Shown: piece by piece, positions 26,311-39,134 of the stretch | How positions within the stretch are numbered: position 1 is the first letter of the stretch | Layout of the letters: every line of letters starts with the position of its first letter | Source of the DNA: Octopus sinensis | Taxonomy: Eukaryota | Length of the DNA stretch: 47,015 nucleotides | Direction: 5' to 3' | Assembly (NCBI RefSeq): GCF_006345805.1 | Contig: NW_021834638.1 | Location: forward strand, 1 to 47,015 | Translations under genes and position numbers: made by a program | The notes under the pieces: generated by a model | Seen by the model: the letters and a program-made list of their open reading frames with translations, nothing else | Databases searched by the model: none | What the model was told of the DNA's origin: nothing

Positions 26311-26938
26311 ATAAATATACATCATGCATAAAAATGTATCATACAAACTATGAAATCATCGTTATTTACAGACCCATATTGTGTGCTTACAAATGTACCA
26401 AGACGTGATATAAATAAATGCACATTACGATGTGTGTTTCTTCCTGTACAGCGAAGGTTAATATCTCAGCACATTTATATTTTTAACCAATTTTAAAGTT
26501 CCTCTTTTTAAAAAGAAATCTTTCTTGAATCTGTGTGGGGTAAAAACCTTAGCGCCTCCTACAGGGTACGTGAGGTCAAAAGAAGTTATAATATCCAAGT
26601 GTTATGTAGAGAGCGATTAAATTCATAATTGGCTCATGTATACAACAATTTCGTTCACACGCACGCACACACACACACACACACGTATACACACACATAC
26701 ACAAACACACATAGACACACACATATACAAGCTCATACACAATGATATACTTCTGCTTAATATATAAGCAAACTACACACACACATATATATATACATAT
26801 ATACACATATGTATATTTGTATATATTTATGTACGTATATTAGTGATCGGTGTAATATATACGAATATATACAAATTATAAGCTGATGCATAGATACGTG
26901 TATCTCTTTAGTATATACAAATTACACACACACGCATA

Positions 26939-26981
<43 letters not shown>

Positions 26982-26983
<2 letters not shown>

Positions 26984-27560
26984 TTACAAAATAACGGCAA
27001 AAGAAAAATTCTAATGCCATATATGCCGAAAAAAAGACAAAATCGTCAATAACCATTATAATTTATGCGCCTCGAAACAAACCGATAGAAATTTCTAAAA
27101 ATTCCGTTATTACCGTATTGGTCCCAATTTCGGGGTTAATTCATCAGAAGTTTTCGAAAAAAGAAATTTTTCCTACATTGGTTATAAATTTAATAGTGTT
27201 CACTTCCGGATTCTCTCTCTCTGTGAAAGTTTCTAGATCGAATCACACGTGTCTCGAGATGTGCCGAAGATTTTCTATCTTTTATATATTTGGGGTACTT
27301 AGGTCTGCTCAGGACTTAGTGCTTGCTTTTTCCATGGGTATGAGTAAGTATTCCATTTATGTCTTACGTATTTATCGCTGAAGAGGGGAAAATTCTTATG
27401 AATTAACCCCGAAATTAGGACCAATACGGTAATAATGGATTTTTTAGAAATTTCTATCGGTTTGTTTCGAGGCGCATAAATTATAATGGTTATTGACAAT
27501 TTTGTATTTTTTTCGGCATATTTGGCATTAGAATTTTTCTTTTGCCCTTATTTTGTAAGT
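26982..27560. mobile_element. Fold-back element with ~170-bp inverted arms containing a hammerhead motif
   Basis: 26982-27154 is the reverse complement of 27388-27560 with scattered mismatches; (TA)n at the left flank. Confidence 0.8.
27372..27432 (+). ncRNA. Type I hammerhead ribozyme motif, canonical core
   Basis: Helix I UUAUCG/CGGUAA; CUGAAGA; helix II GGGG-AA-AAUUC-UUAU-GAAUU-AA-CCCC; GAAA; helix III AUU/AAU; AUA site, cleavage predicted after 27426. Confidence 0.78.
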
Positions 27561-27914
27561 TATTAATAAATTTAACCTTTAAATGTATTTTTTTATATGC
27601 TGGCCATTGATAAATTTTTTTTTTCGAAAAAAAAAATTTATCCTACATTAGTTATATATATATATATACATTTGTCTCTCCCTATATAGTAAATATTTAA
27701 TTCAAAAGTTCTAAAAGAAACAGGAACATTTTATATCGAAATATACCAACATAGTAAAATTTAAACAAAAATTAAATGCATTTTGAAAAATTTAAGCAGT
27801 ATTTATATAACAATATCTGGATTGTGGATTCTAATCTCATTGTTGATAATATCACAAATGTTTTTCACGGTTTTGGTAATATTTGTTTTACTTGGTATTG
27901 GTAACTGTGTTTAA

Positions 27915-28140
27915 TATGGCCAACTGTTTCAAACTCATTCTGGTTTCGATCCCATTCTGTGACATCTTGAGTAAGTAACTTTTACTATAAGACTAGGTTT
28001 AACCAAAATCTTTTCAGTAAAAATTGGTTGACGGAAATTCGGTTGGGGTTTGCCGCCTGTAAGCGTAATACAATATAAACCTGATAGACTGTATCCGTGA
28101 TTTGTAGGTCCCAGCGTTATTACACATTCTGCCGTGGAAG
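27915..28140 (+). mobile_element. Highly diverged SINE family B
   Basis: ggtttcgatcccattctgtgacatcttgagtaagt...ggttgacggaaatt. Confidence 0.5.
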
Positions 28141-28602
28141 TTCTCCGGAACAATCACTTTAAGGATATATGTATCTGTGGAATAATTTCAACGCTGATTC
28201 CATACGCAGACATTTTAATTCGTCGAACAAATAAATATTCTTCGTCGATAGTGAAAATCCATTGCAAAAAGTAAGTAGTGGTGTCGCAATGAAAGAAGTC
28301 CTTATTTACAGCAGTCTCAGTAAGCTACTTCTATGTGACACGCAACCTGCAAAAATTATATGCGTAAGAGAATACTGCTACAGGTAAAATATGTCCGAAA
28401 GTATGATGTAGTAGACACGGCAGGAACGCCTTTGTCCAATTACCTGCTCTGCTCCATCAGGAGCTGCCAGGAATTGCGCATGGAAAAAACCATAAAGCAA
28501 TTGTTCAGCAATATATCAGGGAAGTGCAAAGGAGAGGAAGGGGTGGAAACAATTGTTTTAATTTCTTGCATGCGTATTGTTTGTTTTTGATTTTGTCGAA
28601 TA

Positions 28603-29402
28603 CAGAGTATAGTAGGGTCAGTTGGGCTCCATCTGTGAGAAAAACGGCACCACGACGCAATTCATTTTGCCAGGAATTTGGAAGCGACATACTGTACTGC
28701 TTGACATTCGCGTCGAAAGCTCCAATACGAACGATTAAAAGTGTTTGGTTGTCATCCAGAGGACAGTGGAGTCTGAGGACATGTACCGAGAGTGATAAAA
28801 ATCAAACATCCAGTCAACATCATGGTGTTTGGAGTGATCACTACTGATGGCGACGTTATGCTTGCATTCATCTTCCCGCATGAACTCAGACTCAAAACGG
28901 AGAACTACATCAAGTTCCTGGAGGACGTAATGCTGCCAGGGTTCAAGAGGGTGGCTGCTGGAAGAACCCATGACTGGCACAGGATTCTGCACCATGTTAC
29001 ATAAGCAAGAGAACCCAGTCATGGCTGTCAGATAATTTCTGTGACCACATCAACCCCAACATCTGGCGATCTAACTTCCCAGACTGAAACCCCCTTGATT
29101 ATTATGTGTGAGGCGCAGTTAAGCGAGAGACCAACACAATCTTTGTAACACCAATGATGAATGAAGGCAATAATTTTGGCAGCATTCACCAACTTAAACA
29201 AGAATTTCCAAAATAGTTGCAGGAGATTCCGAAGACCTCTGGAGGCCTTGGTAAAAAGCCAATGGTGATGTTATTGAATAAATTTACTGTTTAGTATTTC
29301 AAGATATTTTTATGCAATTTTGGTAAATATTTCTGTTAAAATGAGATGTCAGTGTTATTTTCATTCGTAATTTAGACGACAAAATATTCACCGCACTCTG
29401 TA
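28603..29402 (+). mobile_element. Tc1/mariner transposon of DD37D (maT) type, internally deleted and decayed
   Basis: KHPVNIMVFGVITTDG...QDSAPC...FPD*NPLDYYV*G, with 37 residues between the second and third D; right end caccgcactctg followed by TA. Confidence 0.85.
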
Positions 29403-30137
29403 TGTATTGTGTGTGTGTGTGTGTGTTTGTGTGTATGTGTATGTATATACATGTAATATATTCATAGATATAAACAAATATATAAATATATATATAAATA
29501 TATATTTATATAACTATATATATAAGTATATGTTCATAAATATATATAAACATTCATAAATATAAATATATAACTATATATTCGTGCATTTGCATCTGTG
29601 CTTTTGTTGTGTGTGGATATATATATATATATATACTATAATTAACTATAATATTTAAGTGTACATCTAATTGTCCTGGAGCCACCTGTTCTTCTCAGAG
29701 ATATGGCTATCTTACCATCTATTGTGCTCTTTTATGAATTTTGCAGGACTTGTCACAGTTTGAAATAGAATCTTCATTTTGGGAGCTGTGAATGCATTAA
29801 ATTTATTTATTTCTCATGAGTGCTTGTCGACATGATACTGGGGAACTTTGTAAACGAATAAAAACGTGGGCGTTTAGCTCTAGAGATAGTGAAATTAATG
29901 GAAAGTTTATGAATATATTGATATTACTTTAATCAAGGTCTTATTTCGTTGAAGAGTGGTAGACAGACGCGTTTCACACACGCTAAGATGGGAAAAGAGA
30001 ACTATACTAGTTTCTTATATTGTTGTTTAGCAACAAACAGAAAGTGTCATAATTTTAATTGGAAAAAATATAAACCCTTCGTGTTCAAACGAACGAATCT
30101 GGTTGATTAAAATGAAACGTGTAAACGAGAAGATGCC

Positions 30138-30171
<34 letters not shown>

Positions 30172-30652
30172 AAAGAAAGAAAAATGAAAAAAAAAGCTAA
30201 AGAAAGAAAGGAAGTAAAGAAGTGAGGGATAGATAATGAAATAAGAAGCGAAAGAAAATGGGTGAAACGACATTTGAAATGCATACAAAGACCGGATGAA
30301 AGCAAATCAGGCAAATTCCATTATCGTCTTGGCATTATTGTATATATTGCTTATGCATTATAAATAGTGTTATGATAGTGTAAAATGATATTCTCAACTA
30401 AATAATTGCTACACGATTTCTACTTAAACGTCCAGCCTGAGGTGTTTTTAGTATTCTCATGTATTACTGGAACTAGTAGGAGAGGCAGAGATTGGTCAAA
30501 ACATCATACCAAGTAAAGGTAGTTTATTCATCTATGTAATTGAAATAGTGTAGCCATGCTGCTATCGCTTTTAACCCGCAATATTTCTTTTTAGATAAAT
30601 AAGTTAGGAGGTGATATACTTAAAGACGTATGCATACACACACACACACGTA

Positions 30653-30705
<53 letters not shown>

Positions 30706-30913
30706 ACATATATATATATACATAGGCTAACTGAATTGAAATATCTCTCTCCTTTGTTACATAATAACATAATAAATTCTTTATATAACTATATACCCGT
30801 CTCACTTACTGCAGCTTTTCTTTACTCTCTAACAATATTTCCGTCAGTCGACTGTGGACCTGCTGTGGCGCTTTTTTCGAATGTTTAGTAGGTCGTGTAC
30901 CTAAAGATGTACG

Positions 30914-30957
<44 letters not shown>

Positions 30958-31069
30958 ATATATATATACAAAATGAATTGAAATATCCCTCCCCCTTTGT
31001 TACATAATAAGTTCTTTATATAAATATCAAATATACCACTGTCTCAATTATTGGGCTTAGCTTTTATTC

Positions 31070-31425
31070 TCTAACAATATTTCAACGATTAGACTGCGAC
31101 CATACTGTGGCACTTCCTTGAAGTGTTTAGTGAAACAAATCGACGCCATTATTTTCTTTAAGCCCGGTGCATATTCAGTTGGTTTGTTTTTGGTGAGCCC
31201 CCAATTTGCAGGGGGGTAAACAATCCGTAACCTCATATCAAACGTGATGGCATATATAGGTCCATATACGACAGACTTCTTCGCAGTTTCTGTCTACTGG
31301 ATTCACTCAAGACGGTACGAAGTATTGGCCATCCTGGGGATACATCAGAAGATACATTTCCAAGATACTGTAAAGCGGGACTGAACCTGAAACCAACTGT
31401 TTGCGAGGCGAACTAATCACGCAGT
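31070..31425 (-). mobile_element. Diverged SINE family B
   Basis: gactgcgaccatactgtggcac...gcgggactgaacctgaaacc. Confidence 0.7.
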
Positions 31426-32717
31426 CAGGTTAATTCTATTTTTAATTATACAAAATTACATTCGTCCAAATTTCTTCACATGTTTTTTTTTATATGTACA
31501 TAAAATATCTTTGTTAGCATATCAAAGCAAACTGGAGATGCAGTAGGCTTTTCTATTGAGTTTCAATATATCGGAACATGCCTGTAACTGTTAAATTGCC
31601 AGCTAATATATGTGAAATAAAATACAATGAGAGCCGCTAAATTAGTTGACAAATATATTCATCACTCTTTGTCCCGTACTATGCGAGCTGTGGATGAGGA
31701 AGATCATGTCTCTTTTAAACTGATTAAAGACACTTACTAGTAGTTGTTTTTGTTGCCATAATACTTCAGTGAATTTAATTATAGCAGTTGCTAAATTAAA
31801 CGGACTCGGTACAATGACTGGAGAAATTATACTTTCTTACATTGTCGGTGAAACAAAAGCCTTAGCAGTAGATAAGTAGATGCAATCATTTATTCATAAC
31901 AATCGATCAAAACAAATACATCTGTTCCTATTTTCTGAATCTAACAATAAATCTTTTACAAGATTGCACAGCTTTTGATAATGCAACAGCAACTGTACAT
32001 AAAGCAACATCACGGGTTTACACGAGACCCTTTCTAACTACTGAAGTTAGTAATGCCCGTGAAATATATTAACTTTTATAGTTTAAGAAAGCTCTTTCTT
32101 ATAAAACCCCTCCGACTATTTCAACATTTCACGTTAGATTATATATGATCTCTTCGTTTTCCTAATTCAAATGTGTACTTGCCTTTTGCATATAATTCAT
32201 CCTGGAATTGCTAATACTTTTACAAATGCTAGAGGCTTATTCGAATTTCGCGTATGTCACTTCTTAAATGACAAGGAAGACAAGGCTTCTACAAGCGATG
32301 TAGCTTGGTCTCCGAGGACGCTAGGAATATCAGAATCTATCAGTTGCGAGAATTCGTCCGGTTAAAACTGATGTAGAAAATAAACCATATGCTATTTAAG
32401 GAGATTGTGAATAGATAAAAACAAGTTTACTTCCAGTAATACGCTTACACCTATATGATATAACATTAATATTACCAAATACAGTTAATCCTAGGGACCA
32501 TCGACCAATGTGGAGAGCAACAAGAATTCCGGGAAGATAAATTTTAAAATTCAAAATTCAAGGTTAATATTTTGTAATTGTAATCTTTCGATTGGATGCG
32601 TCGTATTAATGTTATAATAAATTACCAAAGTGAATTTGTAAATTGAAAACCATTATATTGTAAATATGACGAATAAAATAAAGAAATTCATTTAATATTT
32701 TTATATACTCGATATAT

Positions 32718-32819
<102 letters not shown>

Positions 32820-33673
32820 CATATATATACATATAATTTATATGTAATATAGGATAAAGACACCTTCAGTCATGAATGACCATAGGATTGTACCGAGAAA
32901 GTTCCCTACCGTAGCATATATTGTTGCAGGCGTTTGCTCAGAGAACTCACTGCTAGGAAGGACTCTGTCAAGTATCACGACCGGTCTTGGAAGAGTTCTT
33001 TCAATCCAATGCCTTGAATTTATACTTCATTTGGCGATCGCGATCTTTGCTTTGAACTCAGATTTCAAAGATTATGGATAAATACTGCGTGGCTTTCTAT
33101 TGAACACTGAACGATATTATCAATTCGCTGCCTTGTATTAATATACTGATGTGACACCTTTTATACGTAATTTACAGGAATTTTGGTTTTTAAATTTACT
33201 TTTCCTTTCCCCTTTCATTATGTAACAACCTGTACGTACACTGCTTTGCTGTGGGTGGATAGCAATAATTCCATAGCGGTGGCGCATTCACCTTGTAGCC
33301 GTTCGTGGTAACACAACATCATAATCAAAAATAAAAGTTTTACATTCCGTATGGCAGTTATCGTGACTCAAATATAAACAACCCTATCGTTGACTTGAAA
33401 GAAGATAAAGTTCAAATACGGTAGTTGTATACGTATCATAATTTTATATTTGCATAATTCATTCCACCATATTGCCAGTCTATTATATTTACGTTCACAG
33501 TGACAGAAAATGTTCCGTACAAATCCATTTTACAATATCTCTCTATAAAAGAATGATGAAACAACTTAAATTTGCCTTACTCAACTATAAAACATACTTG
33601 TAAAATAGAGGTGAGTTTTATGCGACACCTCGTAATATACACCGGAAAATGCGGCATATATATAAGTAAATGC

Positions 33674-33793
<120 letters not shown>

Positions 33794-34075
33794 AGTATGC
33801 ATGTGTATGTATCTTTATGTGGATATGTGTAAGTTAAAGATTTGAGTATTAGCTTGCTATCGTGAGTGTATGTGTAAATGCATTGTTCAAACTCTACACT
33901 GGTTTCTAGCGTTCTAAATAAGGCAGAGAAACATTAAACTTTTTTCAATCGTCCATCCTATAATTATATCATAACATATTTTGTCTGTTGTATATAATGT
34001 TGTGGAAGAACTGTTTCAATACGCCATCGACTCCTAAACAGTGGATAGGCAATGAATGTCGTAGAATCTAAATGG

Positions 34076-34370
34076 ATCGATATGTAGCTATAAATATTCA
34101 ATTATTCTCAAATGAAAATCAATAATAGCTATTAAAATCGACAGATCAATATACGTTGTTATTGAAGGATTGCTAGTAAAAAAAATCAATGCATGGTTTG
34201 AGCCAAAATGGGAAAAACACAAGCTACTGAGTCATTAAAATTTAAAGATCGATTCATAACTATTGAAGCGTGAATAAATCGAATCGATACACGTCTAGTG
34301 GGAAGTTTGTCAATTCCAATAAGAATAACAATAACAAGCGACAAAATTAATCAATCAATGCAGAATCAAT
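34076..34370. promoter_or_regulatory. Candidate enhancer: cluster of nine ATC(A/G)AT sites plus TGAGTCA and a TGATTGATTAAT composite
   Basis: Sites counted at 34076, 34118, 34145, 34185, 34248, 34283, 34350, 34354, 34365. Confidence 0.35.
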
Positions 34371-34580
34371 GATGCCTTAAGCTTGAGACATGACATTAAA
34401 TCTTGTATATTAATAAAGCCTATACTACACTAATTATACACATACACACGTAAATGCAGTATTTACGCACAAGCACACAAAATGGAAATTTGTTTGGTAG
34501 TTTGGTAGTACTCAATACATGACATGATATATATATATATATGCATCATTTTCATTTGAGAATAATTGAATGTGTATCTG

Positions 34581-34611
<31 letters not shown>

Positions 34612-34663
34612 GTATATATGTGTATAAATATATATATATAAATTGATAGATATGCATGTATGC

Positions 34664-34697
<34 letters not shown>

Positions 34698-34859
34698 CTT
34701 ATTTATGTATCTATCTAATTTTTAGTGGGTAGAAAGTGACTCAAGGGCCGAGTGTTTCGTGCATGGTACTTACAGATTTCTAGCGGTTATATACGAATTT
34801 CTCAGTCATTGAAGACGTTTACGTTTTGTAAATATCTGCCGTTTATAAATGATAACAGC

Positions 34860-35115
34860 GATAATAATAATGTGGCTGCTGATAGGAAAGAACAAGAAAA
34901 AACAATAGAAAAATACCAAAATTTGGCTAGGGGAATGCGAAAATCGTAAAGGATGTCTGAAAAATAATCCAGTAGTTATAGCCGTCCTAGTTACCATTAG
35001 CAACAGACCTACTAGTGTTTCTTATCGAGATAGGGCGTAAGTGCGAGAGTTGCGTCAACAGAGAAATATATTCTATCATGAAGAGTAAAGATTGATCGGA
35101 AGGTGTTCGATATTT
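34860..35115 (+). mobile_element. Highly decayed C-terminal relic of an R4/Dong-type REL retroelement
   Basis: DRKEQEKTIEKYQNLARGMRK...PVVIA resembles KEMEKLSKYKDLEIEVTRMW...PIIVGA of the young copy. Confidence 0.5.
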
Positions 35116-35214
35116 AAGGAATTTAGTTGCAATTCGCTATGAAGGACGTTGATTCCGAATGTAACATTTGTGAATACCATTAGAAAAAAATAACGGCATG
35201 ATGCAATACATCTT

Positions 35215-35445
35215 ATTTCTTTACTGCCCACAAGGGGCTAAACACAGACAGGATAAACAAGGACAGACAAACGGATTAAGTCGATTATATCGATCCAGTG
35301 CGTAACTGGTACTTATTTAATCTACCCCGAAAGGATGAAAGGCAAAGTCGACCTCAGCGGAATTTGAACTCAGAACGTAGCGGCGGACGAAATACCGCAA
35401 AGCATTTCGCCCGGCATGCTAACGATTCTGCCAGCTCGCCGTCTT
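35215..35445 (-). mobile_element. tRNA-derived SINE (family A), well conserved
   Basis: Reverse complement of the full consensus, homologous to 40425-40655. Confidence 0.92.
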
Positions 35446-35446
35446 C

Positions 35447-35971
35447 TTGATGCAGTACCAAGCAATGGTTCTCATGGCTTATGATCTTAACTGATTGGAT
35501 ATTTCGTTTGGTGTAGAAGATAGGCTACGGCAAATATTCTGCTCGATACGGCAGATTTGCTTGCTAGTTGCTTGGCCTTAACCAGTCGATCTTACCTCTT
35601 TGTGACTGACTATATGTGCATCTCTGATCACGAGTAGGAGTAGTAGGAGAGCATCATAGCCATGTGTTGTGAGAGATTCTTTGGAGTTTGGATAACGTAT
35701 CCCTGGAAATATGGGTCTTTCATTCATCGTTAAACAACCCTTATTCAGGGAAATTTTGATCGGGATGGGCTACTTGATCTGAAGAAAATTCTTACCGGAC
35801 TCCAATTTCAAGGTCATACGCTGTTTATTTTGATATGGTATCATTATGTTGCGCACATATGGTTGTGATGCATGTGCCTGGGCTACTCTTATGAGACGGG
35901 TGGTCATTCCAGCATCATTTTGATAGCATCTGTTGCTCATGTTCTCTCGCTCAATAATAATGATGATAAGG

Positions 35972-35990
<19 letters not shown>
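35447..35990. mobile_element. Non-coding interspersed repeat, older copy, followed by (AAT)n
   Basis: Collinear with 36033-36578 (atgcagtacc...gcacatatggttgtgatgcatgtg...ctctc). Confidence 0.7.
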
Positions 35991-36032
<42 letters not shown>

Positions 36033-36037
<5 letters not shown>

Positions 36038-36578
36038 GCCCTGATGCAGTACCATGCAGTGGCTCTCATGGCTTCTGATCTTAACTGATTGGAAGTGCTA
36101 TCATGTACATTGTTTTGTATAAAAGATGGGCTACAGCAAATATTCTGCTCAATACCACAGATTTGCTAGTCAGTTGTTTAACCTTAACCAGTTGACCATG
36201 TCCCTTGGTGGATGACGATATGTGCATCTCTGATCACAAGCAGAAGTAGTGGGGGAGCATCATAGCCATGTGTTGAAAGCAATTCTTAGAGGTTTGGGTA
36301 ATTCACCTTAGGAAACACGGGTGATTCGTTCAACGTCCTTAAACAATTCAGGGACCTTTTGAGCGGGATGGGCTACTCGACCAGAAGAAAATTCTAACTG
36401 GGCCCCACCTGCAAGGTCATGTGCTGTTTATCTTGATATGAGATCACCATGTCGCGCACATATGGTTGTGATGCATGTGTCTGGTGTACCCTTATCATAC
36501 AGGTAGTCATGATGGGTATACTGGGCTTTGTATATTTTACCCCAGTGTCACTTTGATGGCATGCACTGCTCTCTCACT
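36033..36578. mobile_element. Non-coding interspersed repeat, second copy, flanked by (AAT)n
   Basis: Homologous to 35447-35955; no long ORF of its own. Confidence 0.75.
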
Positions 36579-36584
36579 CAATAA

Positions 36585-36638
<54 letters not shown>

Positions 36639-36654
36639 TAATAATAATAATAAT

Positions 36655-38679
36655 ATATCACAAAGGCTGAACAAGCACCTGGACGAAAACAAACTGTTCC
36701 CAGAAGAGCAGAAAGGTTGCCGCAAAGGCTCATATGGCTGTAAAGATCAACTAATGATTAATAAAGCCATAACTGAAGACAGCCACAGAAAGAAGAAAGG
36801 CCTCAGTATGGCCTGGATTGACTACAAAAAGGCGTTTGAAAGCATCCCCCACACATGGATCCTCGAAACACTAGCCATTAACAAAGTAACACCAACAATC
36901 ATAAAATTCATAGAGCACTCTATGAATAAATGGCAAACAGTTCTACACCTCCAAACAAAAGACGGACTCATGAAAACCAAAGACATCCCCATTAGAAGAG
37001 GAATATTCCAGGGAGACACGCTCTCTCCACTCCTTTTCTGCTTGGCACTGTCACCTCTATCTGATATGCTAAATAGAACTGGATGCGGATATAAATGTTA
37101 CGGCAAAACGATCAGCCACCTTTTATATATGGATGACCTAAAACTATACGCTGCAAATGACAAACAGCTGGAAACACTATTAAAGACAGTTCATGGATTT
37201 ACCAAAGAAATAGATATGAAATTTGGATTAGAAAAATGCGCCAAAGTAACCCTGAAAAGAGGAAAACTAGTTAAGAGTAACAACATCACACTAGATAAAA
37301 CAAATGAAATAAAAGAATTAGACCAAAGCCAAACTTACAAATACTTAGGAATCCATGAACTAGATAAGACACAACACACACAAATGAAAGAGAAAATAAA
37401 AAAGAATATTATAGACGAGTTAGATCAATACTAAACACAGAGCTCAATGCTAAAAACAAGATAATAGGTATCAACACTTAGCTGTCCCAGTTATAAGTTA
37501 CAGCTACAATATCCTTAACTGGACACGAAATGAACTGACCAAAATAGATAGGAAAACAAGAAAAATAATGACAGGATCTAGGATGCATCACCCAAAATCT
37601 GACATAGAAAGACTATATATACAGCGTATAGAAGGTGGTAGAGGCCTTATACAGCTGGAAAACTACTATAAAATAACCACCATAGGACTGCAAAAATATC
37701 TACTTCAGAAGGAAGGAAAACTGATCCAGATAGCGGCAAAACACGAGCAAAACAAAAAACTGTTCTTAGTATTTAAGGAAGCTGACAAATACAAACAAGA
37801 AATCATACCACCGAATAAACATGAAGAAGAAGAAGGTGAAGAAACAACAAAAGCTATAAAACAAATGAAATCCAAACTAAAAATAGAACAGCAACGAACC
37901 ATGATAAAACGATGGCAAGAAAAACCCCTTCATGGTAAATACTGGACTAAACTAAACGCAAAAGAAATAGACAAAGAAAAATCCCAGCAATGGTTGAGAA
38001 GCTCAGGACTCAAAGCAGAAACAGAGGGATTTTTAATTGCAGCACAAGACCAAAGCCTCCCCACCAGAAATTACCAAAAACATGTAATAAAAAGAAATAT
38101 TACAAGTAACTGCAGAATATGTGGAGATGGACAAGAAACAATAAATCATATTATCTCTAGCTGCCTAGTCTTGGCTAAGAAGGAATATATTCAGAGACAT
38201 GACAGAGTTGGAACCTACATACATTGGAAGCTATGCCAACATTATGGAATAACAACAGAAAAAAGATGGTATAGGCACACACCAGAAAAGGTCACAGAAA
38301 ACGAGAAAGCAACTATACTCTGGGATATGCCGATACACACAGATAGAGAAATTAAGGCCAACAGACCAGATATAGTTGTCAGAGATCATGAAAAAAAAAA
38401 TGCTTTCTAATTGATGTATCAATACCGGCTGATGACAACGTGTCTCTAACAGAAATGGAGAAACTCTCAAAATACAAAGACCTGGAAATAGAGGTAACTA
38501 GAATGTGGAATCTGAAAACAGAAACAATTCCTATCATAGTAGGTGCATTAGGCATGATAAAAAAATATTCAGACAAATACATAACAAAAACACCAGGACT
38601 TACAAACACATATAACATACAGAAAATTGCACTACTAGGCACTGCACACATCCTACGCAGAACACTTTCCATACAATAA
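36655..38679 (+). pseudogene. RT-REL ORF with about three frameshifts (~37400, ~37477, ~38400)
   Basis: ORFs 36475..37434, 37568..38410 and 38440..38679 join into one protein. Confidence 0.9.
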
Positions 38680-38773
38680 CCATCAGTGCATCACAACAAA
38701 TCACAGCACATACCCAAGGCACACAGAGCTGTGCTCGGTAGTGAAGTGAAAGCACGCTATAAAAATAAAACTA

Positions 38774-38776
<3 letters not shown>
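36655..38776 (+). mobile_element. 5'-truncated R4/Dong-clade non-LTR retrotransposon (RT + CCHC + REL endonuclease) inserted in (TAA)n
   Basis: RT motifs EQKGC, WIDYKKAF, GIFQGDTLSPLLF, YMDDLKL; CRICG..ETINHIISSC; RHD; RPDIV; EKLSKY; (AAT)n on both sides. Confidence 0.93.
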
Positions 38777-38844
<68 letters not shown>

Positions 38845-38846
<2 letters not shown>

Positions 38847-39133
38847 GATAGTGCTCATGGGAACTGCTCATATCCTACGCAAAATACTCTCTATGTAATC
38901 TCAAGGTTTAAAACAAACATAATTTTCGGTTTAAAAAAAAAAAAAAAAACCCTTTTTTTTTTCTTTTTAGACATTCATTAGTACAACATCCCCACCCCCA
39001 AATATATGGCACACTAGGCATAACAACAACATGAACTTCCAACCCTGTTGTCTCTTGAGGTCTCTGGGTGAGACTTGGAGCCAACTTGTACAAATATAAA
39101 GCAAAAGTCAAACATAGAATAATAATAATAATA
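38845..39133 (+). mobile_element. Short 3' end of a second R4/Dong family with (AAT)n tail
   Basis: KIVLMGTAHILRKILSM* parallels KIALLGTAHILRRTLSIQ*; different 3' UTR. Confidence 0.8.
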
Positions 39134-39134
39134 A

